A stretch of 64,000 bases of DNA from Octopus sinensis (taxonomy: Eukaryota). Below the pieces are notes generated by a model. That model searched no databases. It was given only the letters and a program-made list of their open reading frames with translations, and was not told the DNA's origin. How positions within the stretch are numbered: the stretch's first letter is position 1; each line of letters starts with the position of its first letter. The stretch is taken from NCBI RefSeq assembly GCF_006345805.1, contig NC_043012.1, positions 16,306,001 to 16,370,000 of the forward strand. The letters are read 5' to 3'. Made by a program: the position numbers and the translations under genes. Below, one piece after another: positions 1 to 12,149 of the stretch.

Positions 1-23
1 ATATATAATATATGTGTGTGTGT

Positions 24-54
<31 letters not shown>

Positions 55-89
55 AATGTATATATACATATATATATACATATATATAT

Positions 90-125
<36 letters not shown>

Positions 126-215
126 GTATGTATGTGTGTTGTGTGTGTATGTGTGTGTGTGTGTGTGTATAGATAGATACATACATACATACATACATAC
201 ATACATACATACATA
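1..215. repeat. Compound microsatellite (TA)n/(CA)n/(TG)n/(TACA)n
   Basis: Direct reading of the sequence. Confidence 0.95.
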
Positions 216-439
216 GAGGAGGAGAAGGAGAATAGGAGACTTGGAATTTAATAAATATCTGGAGACATTTTATTCTGAATTTATGCTGTGTGATTTCTGC
301 TTTTATCTCGTCTTCCTTACACTTGAAAAACTGTAATTCGTTGATGTTCTTGTTTAGTTACAGGCATGACTGTTTAGTTCAAGCATGACTAAACAGACCT
401 ATGATCAAAGGTGTTACAACCGTCGTCATATCGTTTTAG

Positions 440-1080
440 AAGTTTAGTTTCCACGGCTACATTATCTAATGTGACATTGACTTTGTTAGTGTAGCTTTCA
501 GAGCGATTTGACTGATATAATAACCAGTCAATAGTATACGTGGTGGCTCCCTCGTTGAATGAGTTACTTTAATTTGTATTCCTACATTTTCTTTTTGGTT
601 GCTGCAATCGTTCATCTGATATGTTCTTTGTTTATACCATTGTATTTTGACATTCACATGTCTGTCTTTTCTTAATCCCGATTTTATCCTTGATAACCTA
701 GCACCATTTGGTTGACCTATGGTTATTGATAGCATCTAACGAAAGTTATACTATTGTCTTAAACATCCTTGTCAATGCTTCATATATAGTAGTTTGCCTT
801 GTTTTCAGTTTCCTTTAGTTCTGTTCGTGTTAGTTCATTCCAGGAAATCCTTGATCGAGCAGATCTATAACCAAATGGTTATGGTTTAGTTCAGGATTAA
901 AGATCCTTCTCAGATCATCAGGATTTAAGAGCGTAAGAGAGAGTTGGAACTGTTGGTCCTCTGAAAAGACAATTTTCAAATAAAAATAACTGGTAATTTC
1001 TATATTTTAGCAAGTATCGAGTCTTTATTGAAAAGTTAGGTTTTAACCGATAATTTCTAAATTTCTCCATCACTATTTTT
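440..1080 (-). mobile_element. Heavily decayed Penelope-like element fragment (RT C-terminus/GIY-YIG remnant)
   Basis: ORF 466..735 contains YQMNDCSNQKENVGIQIKVTHSTREPPR, loosely like the PLE GIY-YIG pattern YxIxCxxCxxxYVGxTxRxLxxRxxEH; many stops. Confidence 0.3.
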
Positions 1081-1199
1081 CTCTCCTATATATATATATA
1101 TATATATAATATATATATATATAATATATATATATATAATGTCTTGCAAACAACTTGCACATGCAAGTGCTACCAGTTAAAAGCTCCGTATATCGGAAG

Positions 1200-1311
1200 C
1201 TAGCAAGTGTATGGGGTCATCAGGAGAGAATGCGCGCCGTTTCGGGGCCTACCTCTCGACGGCATCAATGCGCACCGGCCCCCCTCACTGATATAAGGCC
1301 CCGCTTGCTAG
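1200..1311 (-). ncRNA. Candidate non-circularly permuted hammerhead ribozyme in the retrotransposon 3' UTR
   Basis: GCCGUC|GAGAG, GAAACGGC and CUCUC-CUGAUGA all present; stems I and III pair perfectly, stem II is weak; enclosed by CUAGCAAG/CUUGCUAG. Confidence 0.5.
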
Positions 1312-1342
1312 ATCAGCTGGTTATGAAGAACTCAATATACTT

Positions 1343-3760
1343 CTAGCCATCGCTCATCGTCTCTTTTTAAGCAAATCCAGTGGTTAGCCTTCTCCACTGT
1401 AGATTGGATATCAGTCATGGTGGTATTGACTTTACGATGAGTTAGGCCTAACGATAACAACAGTCGTCTCACGCTGTGTCCTACAAACCCTCTACATCCG
1501 ACTTCGATAGGAAAATGTTCCGCTTTCCAGCCTGCGCCTTCACATTCCTCGAGGAGGTTTTCATAACGGTTTAATTTTCGAGCTCGAGCGGCGTCCATAT
1601 TATCTTCGTGAGGAACCGTTAGCTCGACTATATTTACAACTTTCTTTCGTTCACACCACATCAAAATATCTGGTTTTTTCGAAACTGGGATGGGAAAGAA
1701 AACTTGGCACCCAGGTAAATCTGTAGTTACCTCCCAATAGCCGTTCCACTTTTCATTTTTCTCAGGAAGTTTCTTGGTCTTCTTCTTGAAACGGATCTGC
1801 TGACCTGGTCGCACGAAGGTAATGAACTCTCTTGATGGTACTTTTAACGATTTTTCCTCAGTGTTGTTGAGATGAATTTGGTTCTTTATAGCATTGAAGA
1901 TAACCTTAAGGACCAAGTTGTGCCTCCATGTGTACCTGTTCAATGCTAATGAACAGTTGGAAAGAATATGTTTTAGTGTACCGACTTTTCCACATTTGCA
2001 GATGTCATTCTCTAAGACGTTCCATCTTACTAGATTCGTAGGTGAAGGCAAAACATCATCCACTTCCACATCTCATCCCAACTTATCTTCCTCTCAACAA
2101 CATGTTCTTCCCATCTCGTCATCTGACCTTGATGAACACATCGGATCAAATGAAGCTCTCTTCTCTCTGCTTCTCTTGTTTTGACGCTGTTGCTATCAAC
2201 AGATCTGCGTTCACACGGCTTCATGCTTGCAAACGGTGTGAACTGATCTGCGCCAAAACCAAATCCTTTCCGATGGTTCTGCGTTGCTCCCACCATATCT
2301 CTGTGTATAAGAGAAGACAAGATGTTGTCAGTTTCTGCTTCTGCTTTCCACTTCCTGGCTGTTTTCACCTCTGGTGGGTTACGCCTGATTTCCATATCCT
2401 TCGATTCTCTCAGCATCATGACCGTCCGTATCTTCCCCAACTTATATATTTCGACTATTGATGCTATTGGTAACTGCAACGAACCTCTTTACGATAAAGA
2501 GCTGAGCTGTTCAACATACGAGGTAGACCTAGCCACTTTCTAATGAACACATTACATATTTGTTCAATCTTTTCAACTCGTGACAATGCTACCTCGTATA
2601 TTAAAAGTGGCCACGCAAGTCGCGGGTACAAGCCGAACTGCAAGCACCAAATTTTATATTTACCTGGTAACTTCGAAACATCAATCGCTGATAACCCAGC
2701 CTCGGCCTGTTTCATAATTTCAATCCCACGACTTCTGTCTGACAATGTTCCAGCGTATACTCGTCCCAAGCTCTTGACGGACTCTTCCTTGACTGTTGGA
2801 ATGCTTTCTTCAGATATTCGAAATTTAAATTCTTTCTGCACTCCCTTAACAAATGTCAGACTACGCGACTTTTTTGCTCTAAATCGCATCCTTGACCACC
2901 TTACAAGTTCGTCTAATCTCAAAAGGGCATTCTGCATGATTTGTTTATCTGTAGGTAGAAGTGTCACGTCATCCATGAAGGCTTTCTTAGGCGATTGTAC
3001 ATGGGCGATTTGTTCCGAAAAATCTAGACCTTTCAAAATCAACTCCATGACTAAGATAAACCACGTGACAGATATTGTACAGCCAGCAGCAATGCCAACC
3101 TCCAATCGGTGCCAATTTGTTGTAAAATTTCCAGTTGTAAACCTCATTTCGAAACTTTCATAGTACATCCTCATTATTTTGATCACTTTGTCAGGAATGT
3201 GGAAGTGGTCCATGGCTGTTATGAGTAATTTGTGTGGCACTGAACCATACGCATTAGCTAGGTCGAGCCATACCACGTTCAGACTTTTCTTGTTCTGTTT
3301 GGCATCCTGGATCGCTTTCCAAATCGAAAAACAGTGTTCAACGCATCCAGGGATCCCGGGGATTCCGGCCTTTTGAACAGATTCATCAACATATCCGTTA
3401 CTCTGTAAATATACCACTGTTCTCCTCGACAGAATTCCCATAAAGATCTTGCCTTCCACATTCAATAAGGATATCGGCCTAAACTGTTTTATGGTCTTTG
3501 CATTGGCCTCTTTCGGCAGGTATATACCTTCTGCCTTACACCAATCCTCTACTATAGTCTCCTCGCGCCACAGTTGTCGGATTAGGACGAAGAGCTTCTT
3601 TCGCAGACGATTGCAGTATTTGTAGACTTTATATGAGACGCCATCACCTCCTGGGGCACTCTTTGCTCTAGCTTTTCTTACGAAGTCATTCACCTCTCTC
3701 TCCCTGATGTCCCCAATCTGGAATTCGATATCAGGTCCTGAGAGATGATTTAGCCCATGT
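1343..3760 (-). pseudogene. RT-REL polyprotein split over three frames (frameshifts near 2470 and 2065)
   Basis: ORFs 2464..3855, 2030..2479 and 1332..2069 join: CKCGKVGTLKHILSNC...RYTWRHNLVL...KKPDILMW...VELTVPHE...RKLNRY...IEVGCRGF. Confidence 0.85.
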
Positions 3761-4039
3761 AGAGAGAGTTGGTATGTGAAAGCACGTGGTTGGATGTATA
3801 AAAGTAAAAAAAGAGTTGTGTTAGAAAAATGTTGCGTAAAGCGAAGACATGACACGATATAAAAAAATTTGAGAAATTTGAAAAGAAAATACGAAACCGG
3901 TTAATTCTCCAAAACTATGTTACTATACGCAAAATTTTCTAACATTTTTCTAACATAACGATTTAAATATATTCTTTAACCATATAACACAAGCGTTCTA
4001 TAGTTTTTTTCACTCTATTTTGTCTTATATATATATTTT

Positions 4040-4114
4040 TTTTTACACACACACACACATAAATATACATTATACATATACATATACATACCTACATACA
4101 TATATGTATATATG

Positions 4115-4159
<45 letters not shown>

Positions 4160-4214
4160 CATATATATACATATATATACATATATATATATACATATAT
4201 ATACATATATATAC

Positions 4215-4280
<66 letters not shown>

Positions 4281-4285
4281 TAATA

Positions 4286-4343
<58 letters not shown>

Positions 4344-4383
4344 TACATATATATATATACATATATATACATATATATATATG

Positions 4384-4427
<44 letters not shown>
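4040..4427. repeat. Long (TA)n microsatellite with TACA variants
   Basis: Direct reading. Confidence 0.95.
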
Positions 4428-4429
<2 letters not shown>

Positions 4430-4872
4430 TATTTTATTGTTCTACTTTTGATAAGTAGTTTATTTGGCTAATATATTTTGCATTATTGTACTTGCTACAC
4501 AGATATTGATCTAAGCTTGTCCTGTTCATTGTACATAGTTCGAGGAAGTTGTTTACGAGAGGTACTGTTTCATTAATAGTTATTAAAATTTTTTTGGGGT
4601 CTGATATCATGTTTGTGGTATGATTTTGATTGCGAAGCAAGGTCTCTATTTGTATATGGTTGTTAATTTGTCTGACTGTCCTTTTGGGAATTAGCTCTGT
4701 GTTATGAATACTATTTTGTAACTATAAGTTATCATTATTTGTTTACTTTTATTGTTATGTGTAGTAATGAACTGGTCGATTCCCAGACAGCGATTATATC
4801 TTTTACGCTGTGGACACCACCGGATCGAATGCTACTGTTCGGGTACCGAAAACATAAAGACATAAAGATATT

Positions 4873-5102
4873 CTATTTCTTTACTACTCACAAGGAGCTA
4901 AACACAGAGAGGACAAACACGGACAGACAAACGGATTAAGTCGATTATATCGACCCTAGTGCGTAACTGGTACTTATTTAATCGACCCCGAAAGGATGAA
5001 AGGCAAAGTCGACCTCGGCGGAATTTGAACTCAGAACGGAGCGGCAGACGAAATACGGCTAAGCATTTCGCCCGGCGTGCTAACGACTATGTCAGCTCAC
5101 CG
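4873..5102 (-). mobile_element. tRNA-derived SINE, family B (tail shared with Tx1 LINE)
   Basis: tRNA-like head with B box GAGTTCAAATTCC, central GTCGACTTTGCCTTTCATCCTTTCGGGGTCGAT domain (resembles the Meta-SINE domain); other copies at 11.5 kb and 58-60 kb. Confidence 0.85.
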
Positions 5103-5403
5103 AATAAAGATATTCGTTGGAGCAGCTGCTTACGGGAATGTATGTTTTTGATGCTTGATTATGAATTTTTGATATCTCAGTCCCATTGTTCCGGGTTGTC
5201 CTTCATTCTTGTAAAGTGGAAATTGTTTTGGGATTCATAGTTTGTGGGGATGGCTTACTCTAGGGCTGCTTAGTTTTCTTCATAATTAACCTAATTAGGC
5301 TTGGACAATGCTTTGATATATACATAACCGTTTGATATATACATAAGGAGTGGCCTTGCTTTTCGCTTTTTGAGTCAAAAAGTTAACTTAACTTAATTTA
5401 CCT

Positions 5404-5789
5404 AAGTAGCTTGCTTACCAACCACATGGTTCCGGGTTCAGTCCCACTGCGTGGCACCTTGGACAAGTGTCTTCAACTATAGCCTCGGGCCGACTAAAGC
5501 CATGTGAGAGGATTTGGTAGACGGAAACTGAAAGAAGCCTGTCGTATATATGTATGTGTGTGCATATGTTTGTGTGTCTGTGTTTGCCCCCTCCCCCCAA
5601 CATCGCTTGACAACCGATGGGGGTGTGTTTACGTCCCCGTAATTTAGCGGTTCGGCAAAAGAGACCGATAGAATAAATACTAGGCTTCCAAAGAATAAGT
5701 CCTGGGGTTGATTTGCTCGACTAAAGGCGGTGCTACAGCATGAGCGCAGTCAAATCACTGACACAAGTAAAAGAGTAAAAGAGAGTAAA
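5404..5789 (+). mobile_element. tRNA-derived SINE, family A
   Basis: Same ~370-bp unit recurs many times in the window; CORE-like GTGGCACCTTGGGCAAGTG, internal TA/TG tract, (AAGAGTA)n tail. Confidence 0.9.
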
Positions 5790-6084
5790 GGGTATAACTA
5801 TTGGTGCCTAGTTTTGGGAGGTTCTGTGGAATATATATTAACCTGTGTTCTTATGCTATAATAAAAACTATTTTGCAAGCACAAATTTATCATTATTTAA
5901 ATAGAATGCCATTGAAGATGGCTTCGAAGGTACTGTCAGTTGACTCTGATGATGTTTTAGCCGGCGAAGATTTGAAATTCCCTGTCACAGTGTGTGTGTG
6001 TTTGTGTGTGTGTGTGCGTGTGTGTCTGTCTGTCTGTGTATATATATAAATTTCAATATAAATAAGGATGAGATTGTTATTTTA

Positions 6085-7363
6085 CGAGGGACGTTCAATA
6101 AGTAATGCCTCTGACCCACTTGCAGTTGTTTGATCTAGCTGTGCAATTATTTATATCTCTATAGAGTAAGTGGCAAATTACAGCTCTGAATTTATTGTGG
6201 TTTCTGATTTACAGGTGTTTGAACCGAGTCAAGTGTGAAATGGAGCCTGTTGAGTGTCGAGCAGTGATCCGGTTTTTGTATTTGAAAGGACGCACACCAC
6301 GGGAGACTTTTGATGAAATGAAAATAACTTATGGTGATGATGCCCCATCATATGACCTTGTAAAACGCTGGCATCGTGAATTCAAACATGGTCGGAACTC
6401 TGTGGAAACAGCTCCCAGATCTGGTCGCCCCCTTCTGCCATTGATGAGGCATCTGTCTGTCAAGTTGAGGCTGCCATTTTGGAAGATCGACGCATAACTA
6501 TTCGCCAAATAGCCCATGAGGTCAAGATTAGTACCGGATCTGTGGAAACTATCATTCATGACCATTTGCATATGCAAAAGGTGTCTGCCAGATGGATTCC
6601 CAGGTTGCTCACGCCTTTCCAGAAGCAAGAACGCGTCGAGTGCTCGAGGGTAAATTTAGAGATGTGCCAAGAAGATGAGTCAAAATTTTTCAAAAGACTG
6701 ATTACACAGGATGAAACCTGGGTCCATCACGATGATCCAGAGACCAAAGCCCAGTCAATGCAGTGGAAGCACCGTGACTCACCCCCTCCAAAGAAGGCAA
6801 GGGTGCAGCCCTCCGCTGGCAAGGTTATGCTCACAGTCTTCTGGGACCAGGACGGAGTAGTGATGACAGATTTCCTGGCAAAGGTTACCACAATTTCAGG
6901 AGCCTATTATGCTTCACTTTTGAGGAAATTAAGAGAAGTTATCAAAATCAAGAGGCGGGGCACGATCAGCAAAGGCATCCTCCTCCTGCAGGACAACGCT
7001 CCGGTCCACAACTCGCTTGTCGCCAGATCAGAAGCACAGGCGTATGGCTATGAACTCCTCCCCATCCCCCCTACTTTCCTGACCTTGCACCCTCTGATTT
7101 TCACCTCTTCGCAATCATGAAGTTGTTTTTGAAAGGAAAGCGTTTCACAGATCATGCAGCCTTGATTTCTGAAGTCACGTAGAGGTTGGAGGACCAAGCT
7201 GGGTTCTTCTACAAAAACGGTCTCCAGAGCCGCATTAAACGATGGGAGAAATGCGTAACTCTGGATGGTTCCTATGTAGAAAAAGACTAATAACTGTGCC
7301 AAGTTTCGTTGCTCTACTACAATGGGAAGTGGGTCAGGGGCATTACTTATTGAACGCCCCTCG
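6085..7363 (+). mobile_element. Full-length mariner (DD34D) DNA transposon, 1279 bp
   Basis: 36-bp TIRs CGAGGG(A/G)CGTTCAATAAGTAATGCC(T/C)CTGACCCACT with 2 mismatches; TA at 6083-6084 and 7364-7365. Confidence 0.95.
6240..7290 (+). pseudogene. Mariner transposase with two frameshifts (~6430, ~7065)
   Basis: HTH N-terminus, WIPRLL, TQDETW, LQDNAPVH, HPPYFPDLAPSDFHLF. Confidence 0.92.
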
Positions 7364-7629
7364 TAAATAGCGATCAAATCAAGTGGCAGCAATGGGAAGA
7401 AAGAAACGTATAGGTTATAATAATTATCAAAATTATAAATAAGGGTTATCTAAGAGACACCACCATGCTTGAAATAGCGGTCAAAACCTGACTGTAAAAA
7501 CACATCGAATATTCATTAGAACACAAGGTGGAAAGACAAATAGACAAATAAAACCAGTAAAAACTGGATAATTTCAGACTCTGGGTTTCTGCCTCTATAT
7601 AAAGCCATACTTTAAATATACTTTATATA

Positions 7630-7630
7630 T

Positions 7631-7707
<77 letters not shown>

Positions 7708-7728
7708 ATGTGTGTGTGTGTGTGTGTG

Positions 7729-7776
<48 letters not shown>
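7630..7776. repeat. (TA)n-(TG)n microsatellite
   Basis: Direct reading. Confidence 0.95.
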
Positions 7777-7778
<2 letters not shown>

Positions 7779-7965
7779 AGGCCCAGTGGTTGGAGCAGCG
7801 GACTTGCAGTCGTAGAATCGCGGTTTCGATTCCCAGACCGGACATTGTAAGTGTTTATTGAGCGAAAACACCTAAAGCTCCACGACGCTCTGGCATGGGG
7901 TGGTGGCAATCCCTGCTGTACTCTTTCGCCACAACTTTCTCTCACTCTTTCTTCTGTTGTGTCTG
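7777..7965 (+). mobile_element. tRNA-derived SINE, family C
   Basis: A-box-like CCCAGTGGTTGG and B-box-like GGTTTCGATTCCC followed by a non-tRNA body. Confidence 0.6.
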
Positions 7966-8119
7966 GCGAGAGTTATTTTTCTTTTTGTTCGTTATAATGT
8001 AACTCACTCACCGGTAAAATTTCCACTTTTTCTTCTTATTTTTGTTTTCCAAAAATTTTCGTTGCGTCTTGCAATCTTTTCAATAGTCTTGACGCTGACT
8101 GTTATTTACACTGCGTTCC

Positions 8120-8480
8120 TTTTTGTTTGTTTGTGCGCATGTGCGTGGGTCAGTGTGTGTGGCTATACATGCATGTACGCACTTATGTATGTATGTATGT
8201 ATGTATGTATGTATGTATACATTTGTGTGTATGCATATGTATATATTATGTATGTGTGTGCATCTTTATGTATGTATTCTGCATATTCATGTTCTTGCAT
8301 GTCCGTGTTTTTGTATTTTTTATGCATGTGTGTGTGTGTGTGAGCGTGTGTTTGTATATGTATGCACCTCTGTCTCCATGTGTGTGCATGTATGTGTGTG
8401 TTGTGTGTGTGTGTGTTATGCAACTATGTACCATGTTTGTATGTGTGGATGTGAATCTGTATATGTGTGGAGCCGTGTCT
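8120..8480. repeat. Degenerate (TGTA)n/(TG)n tract
   Basis: Direct reading. Confidence 0.85.
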
Positions 8481-8574
8481 CCGTATGTGTCTTTACTCCA
8501 CACAACGACACATTTTGAGACTCCTACATTGAGCAAAGCCGGTGTTTCTTATTGCCCTTGGTATATATAATTGT

Positions 8575-8944
8575 TACTCTTTTACTCTTTTACTCTTTTA
8601 CTTGTTTCAGTCATTTGACTGCGGCCATGCTGGAGCACCGCCTTTAGTCGAGCAAATCGACCCCAGAACTTATTCTTTGTAAGCCTAGTACTTATTCTAT
8701 CGGTGTCTTTTGCCGAACCGTTAAGTTATGGGGACGTAAACACACCAGCATCGGTTGTCAAGCGATATTGGGGGGACAATCACAAACACACACATACACA
8801 CATATCTATACATACACATATACGACGGGCTTCTTTCAGTTTCCATCTACCAAATCCACTCCCAAGTCTATAGTAAAAGACACTTGCCCAAGGTGCCATG
8901 TGGTTGGTAATCAAGCTACTTACCACACAGCCACTCTTGCGCCT
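8575..8944 (-). mobile_element. SINE family A
   Basis: Reverse complement of the unit at 5404-5789 with an internal deletion. Confidence 0.9.
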
Positions 8945-9339
8945 ATATATAAATACATGTAATTTTTAAATATATCTGTTAATTTTACCTATTCGGTTTG
9001 AAGTATGCGGCCACTAACATTGTTATCCCTCATGAGTAATAATGTTCTTTATATATTTACACACACAGAGATTTGGATCGTGGTGTACGAGAATACAAGC
9101 ATGTACGTAAACATCTAAAGATGTTTCATAACAACGTCTTTATTATTCAACTCCAGGTTTCTTATAACCACCTGCTTGTTATAAACATGCTGTATCTAGT
9201 ACTATATCATATATTATCCTCCATATTTTCTTTACGTCGATAATGTGTCACTTGTGGAGAAGATTCTGTTTCTATGTCCGGCTGTATGAAAGCCAATGTA
9301 ATGTCTCGCTTGTTGACTCGAAGTAGCTATATATGGTGT

Positions 9340-9809
9340 AAAAACATAGCATTCAGTTTTTTGAAACAGCGACGTCTGGTAGCTGACTTGGCAGACACCC
9401 ATAAAATTATTAACCATCTTACAAACAATAACTCTGAGCACCTTTTCAAACTCTATCTGTCTAACACCTATGGACATGCTTACAAAGTCAGAAAACAGCA
9501 CCGCTCCCATGACTTTCGGAAACATTTTTTCACGCTAAGAGTTGCTGAAGCATGGAACAGACTGCCGGCATCAGTTGTTAGTTGTTGGAGCACTGCATCC
9601 TTCAAAACTTCCATGCCTCCTGAGATTCGCCAGCACTACACCTGATTTTCTCCCCTCCATACACACGCAAGCATGTATCTGACTCATACACTGTTCACTT
9701 CCCAGACATTTGTACATTACTGCATATACTTTATACGCACTTTTGACAAGTTGTAGCGCACCTGAGCACTGTATACAATAATTTCATTATTATTATTATC
9801 ATTATTATT

Positions 9810-9845
<36 letters not shown>

Positions 9846-9870
9846 ATTGTTATTATTATTATTATTATTA
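9340..9870 (+). mobile_element. 3' end of a CR1/L2-group LINE with (ATT)n/(GTT)n tail
   Basis: LKQRRLVADL...GHAYKVRK...RKHFFTLRVAEAWNRLP is the typical CR1 ORF2 C-terminus; 3' UTR then triplet tail. Confidence 0.8.
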
Positions 9871-10693
9871 AACATGTCTTCTAGAGAAGATGATTCATCT
9901 TTTAATACATTTAACTGACTAGCTCGTTTTACGTTGTAGCTGACTTCTTGCACATTTTAAACTGATAATGATGTATGTTATGTTTTAATATAAACATCAT
10001 CTATATTCATTACATAGCCAATATGTCAGTCATCACTATTTCCCACTTTAGCACTCTTGAAAACCTAATAAACGTGATAGGAGAGATATTTCAAGTTCTG
10101 ATGGAACAAGTAATCAAATGTTGTTCACCCACGTTCCGCACACCAATGGCTTGTCAGATACATTTGACGAATTTAAAATAACTTACAGTGATTCCACCTA
10201 TTCAATGCAGCCTCTTGTAGGATAGAAAATAGAATTCTTGTGAGAGTAATAATGGGGAGAGAAAAATGAAAAGAAAAGGGACATGAAATCGGAAGCAGTG
10301 TTATGGGATGCTATGATGAGTTCCATACTTCACTGTGTTTTAGGAGCACTTGTAAAAATTACATGTTGTGCATTACGAGAAAATCAGTTTTGTAGAGCTG
10401 ATACCTCTCGAAACCGGATCCAAAACAACGAAACTCTTGCCAGTTATTCAACTGTTACTGCTTGTAGTTGTGGAGGTCTGTTTGTACTTTGTATCAGAGT
10501 ATACAAATAGAGTAACTCTTTGTAAGTGCCACTAGGCATTAGATACATTATAGTGTAAATTAGTGATTCCAAACTATGTTTTAGCACGTTGCCCACTCTT
10601 TGAAATCTTTAATTTTCCTGTGGTCCCTAGAAATTATTAGGTAAAATGTACACCACGTGTTTATATATATATATATATACATTTAATTAGGGT

Positions 10694-10851
10694 TAAGCAA
10701 CAGGTTGCTTAAACAAATACCGAAATTTTAGAAATAGCAGCCAAAGACCGCTTATTCCTATTTACTACAGCTATAGCTAGTAAATAGGAATATGCGGCCT
10801 TTGACTGCTATTTCTAAATTTTCAGTATGTGGTTAAGCAACATGTTGCTTA
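10694..10851. repeat. ~158-bp imperfect palindrome (foldback)
   Basis: Arms ~88% identical; both ends are the self-complementary TAAGCAAC-NN-GTTGCTTA. Confidence 0.85.
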
Positions 10852-10957
10852 TGTATGTCTGTATGTATGTATGTATTGTGTGTGTGTGTGACCGCGTGTG
10901 TATCGTTGGCGATTTTCTTTCTCCGTCTTCCCTTCCTTGGACCGTTCCTTTTTCTAT

Positions 10958-10992
10958 GTTTCTGACGAAGAGCTCCGCTCGAAACGTTAAAT
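10958..10992 (+). ncRNA. Minimal type-I hammerhead ribozyme motif within a short repeat (~10890-11090)
   Basis: GTTT-CTGACGA-A-GAGC(TCC)GCTC-GAAAC-GT-T-AAAT; palindromic AACGTT stem III. Confidence 0.65.
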
Positions 10993-11100
10993 CTTCCTTC
11001 TTTCTTTCCTTTCCTGAGCGTCCAATAACACTATACGTGTTCCATGTCCTCACGTTGTTGTGTTTTCTCTTTGTTCATGTGTGTATTAACTACACACACA

Positions 11101-11157
<57 letters not shown>

Positions 11158-11510
11158 AATGTTAAGAGTAGAAACAATTAATTCTTAGGGAATTAAAAAA
11201 TGCTTTGATAAATACAAAATTTGTAAAATTCCTCAAAGAATATTAAATATTAATTGTTTCAATTAGTTTCATTATCATAAAATTTATTTCTATTAATATT
11301 TAAAAAATGATCATTTATACTGAAAATTTTATAACAAAAATTAATAAATATTATTATTTTTTTTTGCTTCGAAAATGGCCTGTTTCTACTATTATTAGAA
11401 TGAATTCCATAAAAATGTCAATGGCTAAGAATTGTACACTTTATCTTTTATTCTCTTTTCACAAATACAAAAGTACTTTGTTAGTTCAATACATCATTAA
11501 TTCATAGTTC

Positions 11511-11903
11511 ATTTCTATATTGCCCACAGGGGGCTAAACATAGAGGGGACAAACAAGGAGATTATATCGACCCCAGTGATTTACTGGTACTTATTTAATC
11601 GACCCCGAAAGGATGAAAGGCAAAGTCGACCTCGGCGGAATTTGAACTCAGAACGTAACGGCAGACGAAATACCTATTTCTTTACTACCCACAAGGGGCT
11701 TAACATAGAGGAGACAAACAAGGACAGACAGACGGATTAAGTCGGTTATATCGACCCCAGTGTGTAGCGGGTATTTATTTAATTGACTTCGAATGGATGA
11801 AAGATAAAGTCGATCTCGGCGGAATTTGAACTCAGAACGTAACGGCAGACGAAATACAGCTAAGCATTTCGCCTGGGGTGCTAACATTCTGCCACCTCGC
11901 CGC
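11511..11903 (-). mobile_element. SINE family B dimer (one head plus two bodies)
   Basis: Two tandem bodies joined at GAAATACCTATTTC, the same junction as in the 58-60 kb array. Confidence 0.85.
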
Positions 11904-12149
11904 TTTTCAATAATTCACAATCTTATACTATTTTTCTGATATAACACGTGTAAGAAAAAATATTCTAAAACACAGGAAATTAATAGCTGTTAAAAATGAT
12001 TATATTCTGAGCTCTACAATAATATCCTATCTATTTTACGTTACGTATTCAGTGAAATCGTTGTGACTAACACAGCTTCACACGTTTTTCAGTGTCAGGG
12101 TCTCTAGTTGTTTGACACATAGGAATACCATTTCTACCAGCAATTTCTA

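Larger units (their letters stand above)
1141..3760 (-). mobile_element. 5'-truncated non-LTR retrotransposon with restriction-like endonuclease (Hero/NeSL-like group)
   Basis: RT motifs SAPGGDG, FRPISLLNVEGK, WLDLANAYGSVPH, GCTIS, FMDD, then CCHC knuckle, RHN motif and PD...ELTVP nuclease; structured 3' UTR ending at a TA-rich microsatellite. Confidence 0.85.

Noticed and set aside
915-921. CTGATGA on the - strand
   Set aside because: No stem II followed by GAAA and no matching stem I
3761-3855. Nominal N-terminus of ORF 2464..3855
   Set aside because: Upstream of the retrotransposon truncation point; open flanking sequence without RT similarity
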